DNA of 64,000 nucleotides from Anaerovoracaceae bacterium (lineage in GTDB: Archaea > Thermoplasmatota > Thermoplasmata > Methanomassiliicoccales > Methanomethylophilaceae), in the NCBI GenBank assembly GCA_963625795.1, contig CAVFUJ010000001.1, forward strand, positions 1,686-65,685, given 5' to 3'. How positions within the stretch are numbered: position 1 is the first letter of the stretch; each line of letters opens with the position of its first letter. Below are positions 55,877 through 64,000 of the stretch, piece by piece. The notes under the pieces were generated by a model, which saw only the letters and a list, made by a program, of their open reading frames with translations, was not told where the DNA came from and made no database searches. The position numbers and the translations under genes are program-made.

Positions 55877-57255
55877 TCTTTCTTAGGGAGGTACTTCTCA
55901 ATGTACTTCCTGCTGATCCTGGTAATCTGATCTTCGTCGAGTGTTGCGATGAGATCCCATGCAATCGAGAGTGAATCCTCGATCGAACGGTCTTCGTCGT
56001 GTCCCTGGCGGACGAATTTGTCCTCGAAGAGGTCTGCGAAGTGCAGGAGCTTCCTGTCTTTCTCGGACAGTGATTCCTCACCGACAATGGCCACGAGACC
56101 GCGGAGATCCTTACCCTCTGCGTATGCCGCATAGAGCTGGTCCGATACTCCCTTGTGGTCTTCACGTGTCTTGCCTTCTCCGGTACCTCCGCCCATCAGC
56201 CTTGACAGGGATGACGAAACGTTTACCGGCGGGTAGATACCTGCACGGTGGAGTTCCCTCGACATAACGATCTGACCCTCGGTAATGTAACCTGAAAGAT
56301 CGGGAATCGGGTGGGTGATATCGTCACCGGGCATCGAAAGAATCGGAATCTGTGTAACGGATCCCTTCTTACCCTTGATCCTTCCGGCACGCTCGTAGAG
56401 CTGTGCAAGGTTTGTGTACATGTAACCGGGATATCCACGCCTTCCGGGCACTTCCTCACGGGCTGCACCGATCTGACGGAGAGCTTCACAGTAGTTGGTA
56501 ACATCTGTCATGATGACAAGAACCTGCATTCCGAGCTCGAATGCCATGTACTCAGCGGTCGTGAGACCGAGCCTGGGTGTAATGATACGCTCTGCTGCAG
56601 GGTCGTCTGCGAGGTTCAGGAAGACGACAGCGTTCTTCAGAGCACCGGTCCTCTCGAATTCCTTCATGAAAGTCTGCTTCTCTTCGTTGGTGATACCCAT
56701 AGCGATGAACACGACAGCGAACTCTTCGTTCTCTCCCCTGACCTTTGCCTGCCTTGCGATCTGAAGAGCCAGATCGTTGTGGGGAAGACCTGATCCGGAG
56801 AAGATAGGAAGCTTCTGTCCCCTGACGAGAGTGTTCATACAGTCGATGGTGGAGATACCTGTCTGGATGAAATCCGACGGGTTGTCTCTTGCCCAGGGGT
56901 TGATAGCCGCTCCGACGATATCGAGTTTCTCTTCGGGTGTGATTGCGGGTCCTCCGTCAAGAGGTTCACCGGCACCTGTGAGAATCCTTCCGAGCATGTC
57001 TTTCGAGACAGGCATCTTCATTGTTTCGCCGAGGAAACGGACCGATGCCTCTCTGTCGATACCTGTCGTTCCTTCGTAAACCTGAACGACGACGATATCG
57101 TCCGATGTATCGAGGACTTCTCCTCTCTTCACGGAACCGTCTGACAGCCTGACACTGACCAATTCACCGTATGCGATAGGCTCTGTCTTCTTGACAAAGA
57201 CAAGAGGTCCTGCAATCTGTGAGATCGTCTTGTACTCTTTGGATACTTCTGCCAT
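55873..57255 (-). CDS. atpB: A-type ATP synthase subunit B
   Basis: 460 aa with the [12 protein letters not shown] motif. Confidence 0.95.
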   Translation of the reverse strand: MAEVSKEYKTISQIAGPLVFVKKTEPIAYGELVSVRLSDGSVKRGEVLDTSDDIVVVQVYEGTTGIDREASVRFLGETMKMPVSKDMLGRILTGAGEPLDGGPAITPEEKLDIVGAAINPWARDNPSDFIQTGISTIDCMNTLVRGQKLPIFSGSGLPHNDLALQIARQAKVRGENEEFAVVFIAMGITNEEKQTFMKEFERTGALKNAVVFLNLADDPAAERIITPRLGLTTAEYMAFELGMQVLVIMTDVTNYCEALRQIGAAREEVPGRRGYPGYMYTNLAQLYERAGRIKGKKGSVTQIPILSMPGDDITHPIPDLSGYITEGQIVMSRELHRAGIYPPVNVSSSLSRLMGGGTGEGKTREDHKGVSDQLYAAYAEGKDLRGLVAIVGEESLSEKDRKLLHFADLFEDKFVRQGHDEDRSIEDSLSIAWDLIATLDEDQITRISRKYIEKYLPKKE

Positions 57256-57257
57256 AT

Positions 57258-58985
57258 TTATGCCCCCAACTGTTTGAACTGCTCGTCGAAGTCTGTGTCG
57301 ATTGCGGCAAGTTCGTCGTCGATGGTCTCTTCGTACTTGGATCTGATGAATCTCTGCCTTGCGGGGATTCCGACAATCTTATCGACTGTGGCACCTGCAA
57401 GGAGCGCCTTCTGAGCCAGGTCTGAGAACTTCTTGATGAGTTTAAGCATCATGAACTGCCTTGACATGGGACAGTAGGTATCCACGGGATCGTATGCGTT
57501 CTGCTGCAGGAAAATCTCACGGATCATCTTCGAAACTTCGAGTGTGATCTTCTGATCGTCGGGCAGTGCGTCCGATCCGACCAGCTGAACGATTTCCTGA
57601 AGTTCCGACTCTTTCTGCAGGGTCTGCATTGCCCATTCCCTGAGTGCGGGGAAGGACGGGTCGACGTTCTTCACGTACCAGTCTTTGAGCTGGTTGTCGT
57701 ACAGTGTGTAAGATGTAAGCCAGTTGATTGTCGGGAAGTGACGCCTCTCCCTCAGTTTGGTATCAAGTGCCCAGAAGACACGGACGATACGGAGGGTGTT
57801 CTGCGAAACAGGTTCCGAAATATCTCCGCCGGGCGGTGAAACAGCTCCGATAACCGAGATCGAACCGTCTTTTCCGCAGAGTGATGTTGCGTAACATGCA
57901 CGCTCGTAGAACTCCGAGAGCCTTCCTGCGAGGTATGCAGGGTAACCTTCCTCTCCGGGCATCTCTTCAAGCCTGGATGAAATCTCACGCATAGCCTCTG
58001 CCCACCTGGAGGTGGAGTCGGCCATAAGTGCGACGTTGTAACCCATATCCCTGTAGTACTCGGCGATGGTCATTCCCGTGTAAACGGATGCTTCTCTTGC
58101 CGCGACAGGCATGTTGGATGTGTTGGCGATAAGAACTGTCCTGTTCATCAGGGGGTTTCCTGTCTTAGGATCGACGAGTTCGGGGAATTCGGTAAGAACT
58201 TCCGTCATCTCGTTTCCGCGCTCTCCGCATCCGATGTAAACGACGATTTCCGCATCAGACCATTTTGCGAGCTGCTGCTGTGTAACCGTCTTTCCTGTAC
58301 CGAATCCTCCGGGGATAGCGGCCGCTCCTCCTTTTGCGAGGGGGAACACCGAATCGAGAACCCTCATTCCTGTTACGAGAGGCACGTTAGGCTGGTGCTT
58401 CTCTTTGACAGGCCTGGGTACACGGACAGGCCATTTCTGCATCATAATGACATCTTTTCCGCCGATAGTCGCAACAGTCTCTTCGACTGTGAAACTTCCG
58501 GCTTTGATGTCATCGACCGTGCCGCGTACATCGACGGGGCAGAGGATCCTGTGCTCCATGGTGCCTTCCATAACTGTTCCGATAATCTGTCCGGGTTCAA
58601 CGACATCGCCCTTGTTGACGACGGGTTTGAAATCCCATTTCGCTTCTCTGTCCAATCCAGGTGCGGAAACTCCACGGAGAATGAAGTCTCCCATTTTCTC
58701 CTGAAGAACTGCCAGCGGCCTCTGAATTCCGTCATAAACGGAGTGCAAAAGTCCGGGGCCGAGTTCCGCAACGAGCGGACGGCCGGTGTTTGTGACCGGT
58801 TCTCCCGGTTTCACGCCGGACGTATCCTCATAAACCTGGATGATTGAGTAGTCACCAACGATCTTGATGACTTCACCCATCAGCATCTCGTTTCCGACGT
58901 GTACGACATCGTACATACGGGGAGAGATACCGACGGCGGTAACTACAGGTCCTGCGACTCTGTAAATCTTTCCTTCATTGCTCAT
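57258..58985 (-). CDS. atpA: A-type ATP synthase catalytic subunit A
   Basis: 575 aa with Walker A GGFGTGKT and the non-homologous region. No intein. Confidence 0.95.
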   Translation of the reverse strand: MSNEGKIYRVAGPVVTAVGISPRMYDVVHVGNEMLMGEVIKIVGDYSIIQVYEDTSGVKPGEPVTNTGRPLVAELGPGLLHSVYDGIQRPLAVLQEKMGDFILRGVSAPGLDREAKWDFKPVVNKGDVVEPGQIIGTVMEGTMEHRILCPVDVRGTVDDIKAGSFTVEETVATIGGKDVIMMQKWPVRVPRPVKEKHQPNVPLVTGMRVLDSVFPLAKGGAAAIPGGFGTGKTVTQQQLAKWSDAEIVVYIGCGERGNEMTEVLTEFPELVDPKTGNPLMNRTVLIANTSNMPVAAREASVYTGMTIAEYYRDMGYNVALMADSTSRWAEAMREISSRLEEMPGEEGYPAYLAGRLSEFYERACYATSLCGKDGSISVIGAVSPPGGDISEPVSQNTLRIVRVFWALDTKLRERRHFPTINWLTSYTLYDNQLKDWYVKNVDPSFPALREWAMQTLQKESELQEIVQLVGSDALPDDQKITLEVSKMIREIFLQQNAYDPVDTYCPMSRQFMMLKLIKKFSDLAQKALLAGATVDKIVGIPARQRFIRSKYEETIDDELAAIDTDFDEQFKQLGA

Positions 58986-59291
58986 TTACTCATCCTCTTT
59001 GTATAAATCAACGCCAATCGCTCTCTTGATCTTCTCACGAAGATCGCCCATTCCCGTACCGCCTACGGTGACAATAACGGGACTGATACAGTCAGTCACC
59101 TTTGCCCTCATCTGCGGTGTAAGGTTCTTGAGATCCTCTCCGTCGACGGCGAGAATTCCGATTTCGGGATCCGCCATCGCTTCGGTGATCTTCTCCTGAT
59201 AATCTTCAGGGTGGGCAACGAAAACACGCCTGAGACCGGCAAGCCTGAATCCCAGAACGAATTCCTCATTTCCTAATACTGCTATATCCAT
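58986..59291 (-). CDS. atpF: A-type ATP synthase subunit F
   Basis: 101 aa with MDIAVLGNEEFVLGFRLAG. Confidence 0.85.
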   Translation of the reverse strand: MDIAVLGNEEFVLGFRLAGLRRVFVAHPEDYQEKITEAMADPEIGILAVDGEDLKNLTPQMRAKVTDCISPVIVTVGGTGMGDLREKIKRAIGVDLYKEDE

Positions 59292-60358
59292 CAGATCACC
59301 AGCAGACCTTTGATGGTTTCAGTGTCCAAACCGCTCTCGATACCTCTTGCGACGATCCTGATGTTGTTGACTTCGACCTCCTTGTGGATCATGAAATCAA
59401 TTACCGGGATAACCGATAAGGGGTAAAGGTGCGAGAAGTTCTTTGCTTCCGCCATCTTGCATTTCTCGAGTCCGGCCACGATGCCTCTGAGCGAATTGGT
59501 GTCTTCATCAAGCGCATCCTTAATTTCTTCGTAGAAACTGAGTTGCGCTATATCGTTGACCGCTGCGGAGACTGACTCCGCATTGGCAAGCTGTGTGGCC
59601 AGCTTCTTGTCTATCTCTTTACCACCGGAGATGTAGTACTCCATGACTTTCTCACCGGTGACTCCCGCAAGTTTCAGCTTGAGGATGGTTTCGAGATTCT
59701 TCATATCTACTTCCATCCTGATGTAGTTCTGATACAGACGGTAAGGTTTGTCCTTAGGGTCTATGCTCGCGAGGAGTGTTTCGTAGTGGTTTTTATCGAG
59801 GTAATCCTCGACTATCGAGAGATTCTTCGTCTCCCTTACTCCGTCGATAACGGACTGGGGTATTGACCTGCCCGTCCTCCTTCCGTAAAGGGCGATGATC
59901 TCTTCCTGAGATTCGAGCGAAATGAGCTTTTCCAAATCTTCTTCACTCAGCTTTCCGGCGAGGACCAGATCCTCTCTGATGCTGTCCGCGTCGATTCCGA
60001 AGGACTTTCCGCGGAGGATCACTTTGAGGTTCCAGATATCCCATCTCTCCAGGTCGAGAGCGAGTATATCGTGGAGCTCGCCCGTCGCGGAGTGAAGGAT
60101 GTCTTTGAAGACCCTTGCCATGTTCTGATACGTTGCATGTTCTACAAGGTCGATACCTTCGAACTTTCCCGTGAGATCAGTGATCTCCTTCTGATATCCC
60201 GATTCACTGATGAAACGCGAGATCTCAGGAAGGCTCATCAAGAGCATCTTCTGGTAGGCATCATCGCTCATGAGCTGGGCTTTCTTAGCCTTCACACGTG
60301 CGACGACGTACGCATAGTTGCCTTTCTTTCCTTTATTGCGCCCGAACATACTCTTCAC
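59291..60358 (-). CDS. atpC: A-type ATP synthase subunit C
   Basis: 355 aa, helical, in the operon position between E and F. Confidence 0.85.
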   Translation of the reverse strand: MKSMFGRNKGKKGNYAYVVARVKAKKAQLMSDDAYQKMLLMSLPEISRFISESGYQKEITDLTGKFEGIDLVEHATYQNMARVFKDILHSATGELHDILALDLERWDIWNLKVILRGKSFGIDADSIREDLVLAGKLSEEDLEKLISLESQEEIIALYGRRTGRSIPQSVIDGVRETKNLSIVEDYLDKNHYETLLASIDPKDKPYRLYQNYIRMEVDMKNLETILKLKLAGVTGEKVMEYYISGGKEIDKKLATQLANAESVSAAVNDIAQLSFYEEIKDALDEDTNSLRGIVAGLEKCKMAEAKNFSHLYPLSVIPVIDFMIHKEVEVNNIRIVARGIESGLDTETIKGLLVI

Positions 60359-60912
60359 CCGAAGAGAATATCGGAGATGCTCTTGATCTCACGGTCCCAG
60401 ATTGTCTGGAGTACCGTCCTGTACTGCATGTCGACTTCCATTGTACCGTCTTCGGATTCGAAGATGATACCGCCGGTAATCTTGCTGTCAGTTGCCACGG
60501 AAGAAACGCCGAGATCCGCCGCCGTGAACTTGTCGCACTCCGCAAGGTAAGCCTTGGGGTTTGCGATGAGCTCCGATGCAGCCGCAACCATCATCTTGTA
60601 CTGTGCCAGCTTCTTTTCGGCAGGCGCATTCTCAAGTGATGAGAGGGTCTCATCGAATGCTTTGGCGAGGATTTCCTTCTTCTTGGCCAGAACGATCTTC
60701 TTACCCTCCAGATCTGCACTGGAGAGTTCCTGACGTTCGAGACGCGCGATGTCGTCCTTGAGCCTCTTTTCCTCTTTTTCATTCATGACGGAAATCTGTG
60801 CATCCGCATCCGCTTTGATCTTTGCGATCTCTGCGTCGGCTTCGGCCTTAATCTTGGCCGCAGCCTCTTCGGCGGATTTGCCGATTTCCATCTTCACTTC
60901 GTTCAATGCCAT
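60355..60912 (-). CDS. atpE: A-type ATP synthase subunit E
   Basis: 185 aa with an Ala/Lys/Glu-rich N-terminal helix and a globular C-terminus. Confidence 0.85.
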   Translation of the reverse strand: MALNEVKMEIGKSAEEAAAKIKAEADAEIAKIKADADAQISVMNEKEEKRLKDDIARLERQELSSADLEGKKIVLAKKKEILAKAFDETLSSLENAPAEKKLAQYKMMVAAASELIANPKAYLAECDKFTAADLGVSSVATDSKITGGIIFESEDGTMEVDMQYRTVLQTIWDREIKSISDILFG

Positions 60913-60934
60913 GAAACGGCCCCTGACTCCTGAT

Positions 60935-61159
60935 TTACATCATGATTGCAAGGATAGCGATAACAAGACCGAAGATGACGATTGTCTCAGGAAGAACCAT
61001 GAGAACCATTGCTTTACCGAAAAGGTTCTCGTTCTCGGTGATTGCACCGACTGCTGCTGCTCCGACATCTTTCTCGGCCATACCTGCACCGAGACCGGTG
61101 AGTCCGACTGCGATTCCTGCTCCGATAACTGCCAATCCTGCTCCAATTTCTGTTGCCAT
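60935..61159 (-). CDS. atpK: A-type ATP synthase proteolipid subunit K (c)
   Basis: 74 aa forming a two-TM hairpin. Gly-rich helix 1, with the carboxylate in LPETIVIFG. Confidence 0.9.
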   Translation of the reverse strand: MATEIGAGLAVIGAGIAVGLTGLGAGMAEKDVGAAAVGAITENENLFGKAMVLMVLPETIVIFGLVIAILAIMM

Positions 61160-61162
61160 AAT

Positions 61163-63322
61163 TTATGCCTCTGTTTCTTTGTTATTGGTGTGTTTACGCT
61201 TCTCTGCGAGCGGTGAATACTCGACACCGCCTCCGATAAAGAATTTGTTCATCATTTCCACATACTGCAACCTCAGTCCGTGCAGACCTGCGGAGATGAT
61301 GGCTAAGACCCATATCATGAGGTGACCGATCACGAAGACGATGATACCGAAGATACCGCCGCCCAGCATGATAAAGGCGATATAGTTGAACGCCAGCGCC
61401 ATTCCGGCTTTGGACATACCGATAGCCGCAAGACGGGTGTATGAAAGAATATTTCCGACGATACCGGGAAGATCCAGGATAGCCATCATCTTCTCTTTCG
61501 GGAAGCATGATGCCACACCGATGATGAGAATCAATGCGCCGATTCCCAGGATGGGTAATGTAGATGAAGGCCATGTTGAAGGATCCATCATCTCGACTCC
61601 GTCTCCGCCGAACATGACTGTCGTGAGTGCGTAACAGAAGACTGTCATACCCACGAATGTCACAATCCAGCCGCCCTTTTCAAGGTATCCCTCTTTGATT
61701 CCGTGCATCCTTGTTACGTTAAGGAATGCGATAAGGTACGCCAGGAAGAGGTGGACGATTCCCATGTATACGCTCAGTTTGAGTAAGAACGTTGCTTTGC
61801 CGAGTTTGCTGATTCCGTGACCTTCAATCATTATTCCGGTGAACCAGTCGGGCATGAGCACCATGTTGCCGCTGTATTTCATGAACAGCTGTTCCCATGA
61901 GATTTCATGCGTGTACTCCATCAGTGCAAGATATTCCGCGGTACCCCAGTTGTGGAAGTCCGACATAGCGCTCGTAATGAGTCCTGTATCGATCATTCCC
62001 TGAATCTGTTCGGCCGACGGATGCGGTGTGACGAAGTGCATACCCAGCATCTCTCCGAAGAAGAAGAATCCGAATATAGCCGCCCAAATACCGCCGTAGA
62101 ACAGAACGGTACCGATGGCCTGGAACTCCCTTGTCTTGGAGTGCCTCAGTCCCAATGCTCCGAGACAGATGAAGGGGATCGCGTAACCGAGATCTCCCAC
62201 CATGAATCCGAAGAAGAACGGGAAGAATATTGCGATGATTGTGGACGGATCGATTTCCTGATACTTGGGTATCGAAATCAGTTTGGTCGGATACTCGAAA
62301 CGCTTTCCGACCGCTCCGTTCTTCATCTTGGTAGGTGCTTTCTGGAAACGGGGTTCCTGTTCGGCTTCCTCGTGAAGCGACCTGCCTCTGGATTTTTCTT
62401 CAATTTCAATGTAAACGTTGTTGTCCATTGCCTCGTTGATCTTGGCGACAACCCCGTCGACGTCCTTCGCAGGTACCCATCCGTCGATAACGAATGAATA
62501 CTCGCTTGTCGCAATCCTCATAGGCATCTCTCCCTTCTTTACGGTAAGGGACAGTTCCTCATCGGATGCGACGATGAACGTCTTGTATTTCTCCGAGAGT
62601 TCCGCAATTCTCGCATCGACATTGACCAATTCGGCCTCGGCCGCTGTGATTGCGGACTGTGTCTTTGCAAGTGCGTCTGCAGCCGAACCTGTGACTGCAG
62701 GTACCTGAATCTCGGAATATCCGTACTCAGACAGAACCGATGCGGCTTTGTCTTTCTCGGATTTCTTCACGAATACCGCTGCGACTCCTCCGTCTTTTGC
62801 GAATGACACAAAGGTCTCCGCATCGGAGAGTCCCTCCAGTGCCGCTGTGGGATCGGCTTTGACCGAACCTACGAATACGGCGATGGATTCGTATCCGCTG
62901 TATAGTTCTAAGTTTATTGGAAGCTTGGAAAGCTTTGAAAGACTTGCTTCCTGTGCTTTCAATTCTGCGACATTCTGAACGATCCTGTTCTTTTCGTCAA
63001 TGGCCGACATGACCTCTGACATAACAGTTTCGACACCGTTCGAAGAGATTTCCGCCTCGATATCTTTGACAGATACCGGCTCCATCTCGACACCTTTGAG
63101 TTTGATGCCGAGATCTTTCTCCGTCGTCCTCAGCGCCAGCAGCCTTTCGGATGCTTTCGATGCGTACGGACGGGGTTTGCCGATGGCGAATCCCTCATCC
63201 TGGCCGGTGGTATGATCGATCAGGTGGACTGCGTCGAGACTGTACAATACGTCAATCATATCGTCCAGGCGCGATTTGTTGCCCACGATCACAATCCTAC
63301 TCATCGACTCAGGAAGTAACAT
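61163..63322 (-). CDS. atpI: A-type ATP synthase subunit I (a)
   Basis: 719 aa with a soluble N-terminal half plus a polytopic C-terminal half containing LSYTRLAAIG (conserved Arg). Confidence 0.9.
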   Translation of the reverse strand: MLLPESMSRIVIVGNKSRLDDMIDVLYSLDAVHLIDHTTGQDEGFAIGKPRPYASKASERLLALRTTEKDLGIKLKGVEMEPVSVKDIEAEISSNGVETVMSEVMSAIDEKNRIVQNVAELKAQEASLSKLSKLPINLELYSGYESIAVFVGSVKADPTAALEGLSDAETFVSFAKDGGVAAVFVKKSEKDKAASVLSEYGYSEIQVPAVTGSAADALAKTQSAITAAEAELVNVDARIAELSEKYKTFIVASDEELSLTVKKGEMPMRIATSEYSFVIDGWVPAKDVDGVVAKINEAMDNNVYIEIEEKSRGRSLHEEAEQEPRFQKAPTKMKNGAVGKRFEYPTKLISIPKYQEIDPSTIIAIFFPFFFGFMVGDLGYAIPFICLGALGLRHSKTREFQAIGTVLFYGGIWAAIFGFFFFGEMLGMHFVTPHPSAEQIQGMIDTGLITSAMSDFHNWGTAEYLALMEYTHEISWEQLFMKYSGNMVLMPDWFTGIMIEGHGISKLGKATFLLKLSVYMGIVHLFLAYLIAFLNVTRMHGIKEGYLEKGGWIVTFVGMTVFCYALTTVMFGGDGVEMMDPSTWPSSTLPILGIGALILIIGVASCFPKEKMMAILDLPGIVGNILSYTRLAAIGMSKAGMALAFNYIAFIMLGGGIFGIIVFVIGHLMIWVLAIISAGLHGLRLQYVEMMNKFFIGGGVEYSPLAEKRKHTNNKETEA

Positions 63323-63641
63323 TCAATGTCCTCTCGAATTGTTCATTGAGGAAGTTCTTCACTTTCTCTAACTTGGCATCGATATCGTTATCGATGCCTG
63401 CTGCTTCCTTCTTTCCGCCAGATAGGAGTTCTTCGCGCTTTGCGACAAGTGCGTCCTTCTCCTTAGCAATCGCGGATTCGTAGTTGCTGCGAGCTTGCGC
63501 TTCGGCATCTTGAATCCTCTGCACGGAATCTCTGCGTGCGGCGGCGATAGCTGCTTTCTTGTCCACTTCAGCCTGTTCGACCTTAGCGTTGGCTGCTACC
63601 TCCGCGTTCTTAATTTCTTCAAGTATGTCAGTACGGCCCAT
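63309..63641 (-). CDS. atpH: A-type ATP synthase subunit H
   Basis: 110 aa, Ala/Glu/Lys-rich coiled coil, first gene of the operon. GGAGGT lies upstream. Confidence 0.8.
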   Translation of the reverse strand: MGRTDILEEIKNAEVAANAKVEQAEVDKKAAIAAARRDSVQRIQDAEAQARSNYESAIAKEKDALVAKREELLSGGKKEAAGIDNDIDAKLEKVKNFLNEQFERTLNVTS

Positions 63642-63700
63642 ATACCTCCCCGACCTTAATTACGGTGGGGTATGTGAAGTCATTACTTAAAGGATATGGC

Positions 63701-63710
63701 CCTTTTATAG
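63701..63710 (-). promoter_or_regulatory. TATA-box-like element of the ATP synthase operon
   Basis: The minus strand reads CTATAAAAGG about 60 nt upstream of the atpH ATG. Confidence 0.45.
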
Positions 63711-63719
63711 TAAGGAAAA

Positions 63720-64000
63720 TCAGAGTTTCTGGCCGGGAAGAACGAATTCTCTGACCTTGATATCGGTCTCGGCGAAAAGTTTCTTGGACAGATCGTCAAC
63801 GTATCCCTCTGCGTAGACGACTTCTTTGATACCGGCGTTGATCAGAATTTTGGCACACATCGAACACGGATAGGTTGTGGTGTAGATTGTTGCGTCTTTG
63901 ACACTCGTTCCGAAATATGCGGCCTGTGCCACAGCGTTCTGTTCCGCATGTACGCCTCTGCATAATTCATGCCTAGTGCCAGACGGAATATTCATCTGCT
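63720..64000 (-). CDS. dCMP/cytidine deaminase family protein (5' partial, N-terminus beyond window)
   Basis: HAEQNA and PCSMCAKILINAGI zinc-binding motifs. The frame is open to the window end. Confidence 0.85.
   Translation of the reverse strand, partial: QMNIPSGTRHELCRGVHAEQNAVAQAAYFGTSVKDATIYTTTYPCSMCAKILINAGIKEVVYAEGYVDDLSKKLFAETDIKVREFVLPGQKL

Noticed and set aside
61163-63322. Apparent extra loop in ATP synthase subunit I (region ..VTPHPSAEQIQGMIDTGLITSAMSDFHNWGTAEYLALMEYTHEISWEQLFMKYSGNMVLMPDWFTG..) and its 719-aa length.
   Set aside because: Subunit I lengths vary widely among archaea, and I cannot align loop regions reliably by eye. This is not enough evidence to call an insertion.
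1-64000. Search for tRNA, rRNA, CRISPR repeats, IS elements or transposases, integrases and known defence genes.
   Set aside because: All intergenic gaps over 60 nt were read on both strands. None shows a cloverleaf-compatible structure, repeat-spacer periodicity, terminal inverted repeats or recombinase motifs. The only mobile element found is the MCM intein.

Overview
This is a densely packed archaeal chromosomal segment with about 70 CDS. Many junctions are ATGA or TGATG overlaps. Archaeal hallmarks include aIF2-gamma, aIF5B, MCM, PriS, PolD small subunit, TFB, Spt5, SecE, EndA, Gar1, L7Ae/S28e/L24e, S6e, L11, NMD3, Tsr3, Cdc48/VAT and a complete A1Ao ATP synthase operon (H-I-K-E-C-F-A-B-D). 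Three things point to a Thermoplasmata / Methanomassiliicoccales-like methylotrophic methanogen: a DUF2099 (methanogenesis-marker-8-like) gene, an MtaA-type methylcobamide:CoM methyltransferase, and near-total avoidance of TAG stops (1 of 70 by my manual reading). That lineage call is inference, not a database result. I found no tRNA, rRNA, CRISPR array, transposase or recognisable defence system, and the window is mostly housekeeping. The items most worth a second look are listed here. (1) An MFS permease, a Bat/Msr-like HTH regulator and an orphan MtaA-type methyltransferase share an identical 17-nt palindromic site and a 19-nt leader motif. (2) The Spt5 gene carries an in-frame extension of about 125 aa at its N-terminus. 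(3) A three-gene operon links an HTH protein, a degenerate TraB-like protein and a zinc-ribbon CPBP protease. (4) MCM contains a 158-aa mini-intein with a non-canonical block B. (5) A P-loop-dead LMW-PTP/ArsC-fold protein is coupled to Tsr3. (6) Two secreted amidohydrolase genes form a mosaic tandem duplication. (7) A UBIAD1-type MenA sits next to UbiE. Several long ORFs in the supplied track are antisense shadows of real genes and are rejected. All family assignments come from motif recognition by eye, and no searches were run.
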